Of a stretch of 22,811 nt of DNA, positions 20,403 to 22,811 are shown piece after piece; the stretch's first letter is position 1, and every line of letters starts with the position of its first letter. A model generated the notes under the pieces. The model was not told the origin of the DNA. It searched no databases and worked only from the letters and a program-made list of their open reading frames with translations. The position numbers were made by a program, and so were the translations under genes. This DNA comes from Octopus sinensis (Eukaryota), in contig NW_021836762.1 in NCBI RefSeq assembly GCF_006345805.1, positions 1 through 22,811 of the forward strand, read 5' to 3'.

Positions 20403-20487
20403 AGAGTCTAACTTCCAAACTATTAGATAAAGAATTATAGGAAATTATGTAAGTGGGATACGGTTCTTCAGAAATACCTTTAGACGA

Positions 20488-20516
20488 TATACATACATAT
20501 AATACATTCATATATC

Positions 20517-20581
<65 letters not shown>

Positions 20582-20603
20582 ATATATATACACATGCATA
20601 TAT

Positions 20604-20652
<49 letters not shown>

Positions 20653-20777
20653 CACAATATATATATATAGTATTGTCAATACCTATCTATATTCATATAC
20701 ATACAAATATATATATATGATGTGTGTACATATATATATCTACATATATACATACATACATACCATACACACACACA

Positions 20778-20824
<47 letters not shown>

Positions 20825-20951
20825 TATATATATATATATTAAGATATGAATATGCACACACACACACACACTCATGCACATGTGCATGTCGGATATATGT
20901 ATATAGTGTGTACATATATGTATATACATGTGTGTGTGTGGTGTGTGTGTG
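20488..20951. repeat. (AT)n/(AC)n/(GT)n microsatellites
   Basis: Read directly from the sequence. Confidence 0.95.
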
Positions 20952-21048
20952 TTCGATCGAAGGGTTATGTACAGATGCACATGGAGGTGTAACAAGGTAT
21001 GATCAATAAATGGAAGAAAGATAATTTCGAATCTTCTCATGGTTGTTG

Positions 21049-21530
21049 CCACTATCATCAGCATCACTACCATCACCTCAATCACCGCCACCGGCACCAG
21101 CACCATCACAATCACCATCATCATCATCGTCGTCGCCGTCGTCGTTGTTGTCGTCATCGTCATCACTACCGTCACCACCACCACCACCACCACCACCACC
21201 ACCACCACCGGCACCATCACCATCAACATCATCATCGTCGCCGTCGCCGCCGTCCGTCGTCATCATCATCATCGCTACCATCACCACCACTACTACCACT
21301 ACCACCACCATCATCATCGTTATAATCATCATCATCATCATCGCCATCATCATCGTCACGCCATCAACATCATCGTCATTGTTATCATCATCATCATCGT
21401 CATCATCACCATTACCATCACCACCATTATAACCACCACAACCACCACTACCACTTCGAACGCCTCCACCATTATCTTCTTTCCTTATCATCATCACCAG
21501 CACCGCCATGCCATCCCACCATCCATCGTT
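21049..21530. repeat. Degenerate (CAT/CAC/CGT)n trinucleotide field
   Basis: Read directly from the sequence; open in nearly all frames. Confidence 0.93.
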
Positions 21531-21694
21531 GCCACACAATCGGACTAAATATTGTCTGCTCCTCCACCGCCAACCGCGCAATCGCCGCCGCCACCCCACC
21601 ACATAAAGGGGAAAAAAAGAAAAAGAAATTACCCAAATCTTCCTTCCCCGCTAAGTATCTCCAATTTTCAATCTCATTTCCAGGAATTTCTATT

Positions 21695-21713
21695 ACACAC
21701 ACACACACACACA

Positions 21714-21752
<39 letters not shown>

Positions 21753-21952
21753 AATATACTCACATGTTATCCATCGATCCGTACTCAGAAGCACCCCACT
21801 GAGTGTGTGTGTGTGTGTGTGAATATATACACATGTACATACATTTAGCTATATGTATTTATGGATGTATGTTTGTATATGTAAATATATATAGGTATCC
21901 ACACACACACACGCATACATACATACGTGGATATTTATCTATCTATCTATCA

Positions 21953-22014
<62 letters not shown>

Positions 22015-22099
22015 GCATAATAGAATCACACAAGTTTTATACATTGAGCAGAAGTTCAATATATACATATTTTTCTGTATAATATATATATATACATAC

Positions 22100-22175
<76 letters not shown>

Positions 22176-22360
22176 CATATGTATGTATGCATATACGTGT
22201 GTGTGTATATGTGATGTGTGTGTGTCTATATGTATGTGTGTGTAGACATATATATATATAAATATATATATATATATTTATGTGCACAAGACGTATATAG
22301 ATCATGTATATATGGGTGTATATACACACAAACACACACGCATATATATATATATAATAA
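21695..22360. repeat. (AC)n, (TATC)n, (AT)n and (GT)n microsatellites
   Basis: Read directly from the sequence. Confidence 0.93.
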
Positions 22361-22633
22361 TACGCCTTGACATGGTCCCTTTGCATACTGAACACTTGGT
22401 GAAATTGATTAATAATTAATTAATTTTGCCCTCAATTGTTGAAATATATATTATATATATATATATATATTAGATATATATATATATATATAATCATGCA
22501 TGTTTGCAAGTATTAAGTATATGAATGCATTTATATACATACGCGCACACACGCAGTTATTCTTCCACTTCGTTAAAGTTCTTCATTTTCTCTCATTCCC
22601 TAACCAACTTCATAACCTCTGTCCATTCTGAGA

Positions 22634-22804
22634 CCGTCACCACCACCACCACTATCACCACTACCACCATCACCACCGACACCACCGCCGCCACCACCAC
22701 CACCAACACCACCACCACCACCACCACTATCACCACCACCACCGCCGCCGCCACCACCACCACCACTATCACCACCACGGCCACCACCACACCACCACCA
22801 CCAC
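22634..22804. repeat. (CAC)n trinucleotide repeat
   Basis: Read directly from the sequence. Confidence 0.94.
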
Positions 22805-22811
22805 AGACTTC

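Noticed and set aside
19345-20511. 388-aa minus-strand ORF, the longest in the window
   Set aside because: Poly-I/H/L/S produced by trinucleotide repeats, open on both strands.
20693-21602. His/Pro/Thr/Asp-rich ORFs resembling low-complexity structural proteins
   Set aside because: A CAT/CAC repeat field open in almost all frames, with no splice or domain evidence.

Overview
This 22.8 kb window is AT-rich, repeat-saturated eukaryotic DNA. The SINE families and microsatellite load look like an octopus/coleoid cephalopod genome; that is recognition from memory, not a database result. I find no intact host gene, and nearly all listed ORFs are translations of microsatellites or SINEs. Contents: (1) about a dozen tRNA-derived SINE copies from at least four families, several with target-site duplications, nested, tandem or inverted. 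(2) An internally deleted Tc1/mariner element with TIRs (4434-4893) and a DD34D mariner relic with an internal inversion (16630-17290). (3) The 3' end of an RLE-type (R4/Dong-like) LINE. (4) Two converging, decayed Penelope-like RT relics (about 10020-11370). (5) Two minimal hammerhead-ribozyme-like motifs, one inside a tRNA-headed SINE. (6) The most unusual feature, a ~1.95 kb ORF1-only (gag/zinc-knuckle, no RT) non-LTR-type element at about 11420-13368. It is tiled with short perfect hairpins and its 3' tail resembles that of one local SINE subfamily.
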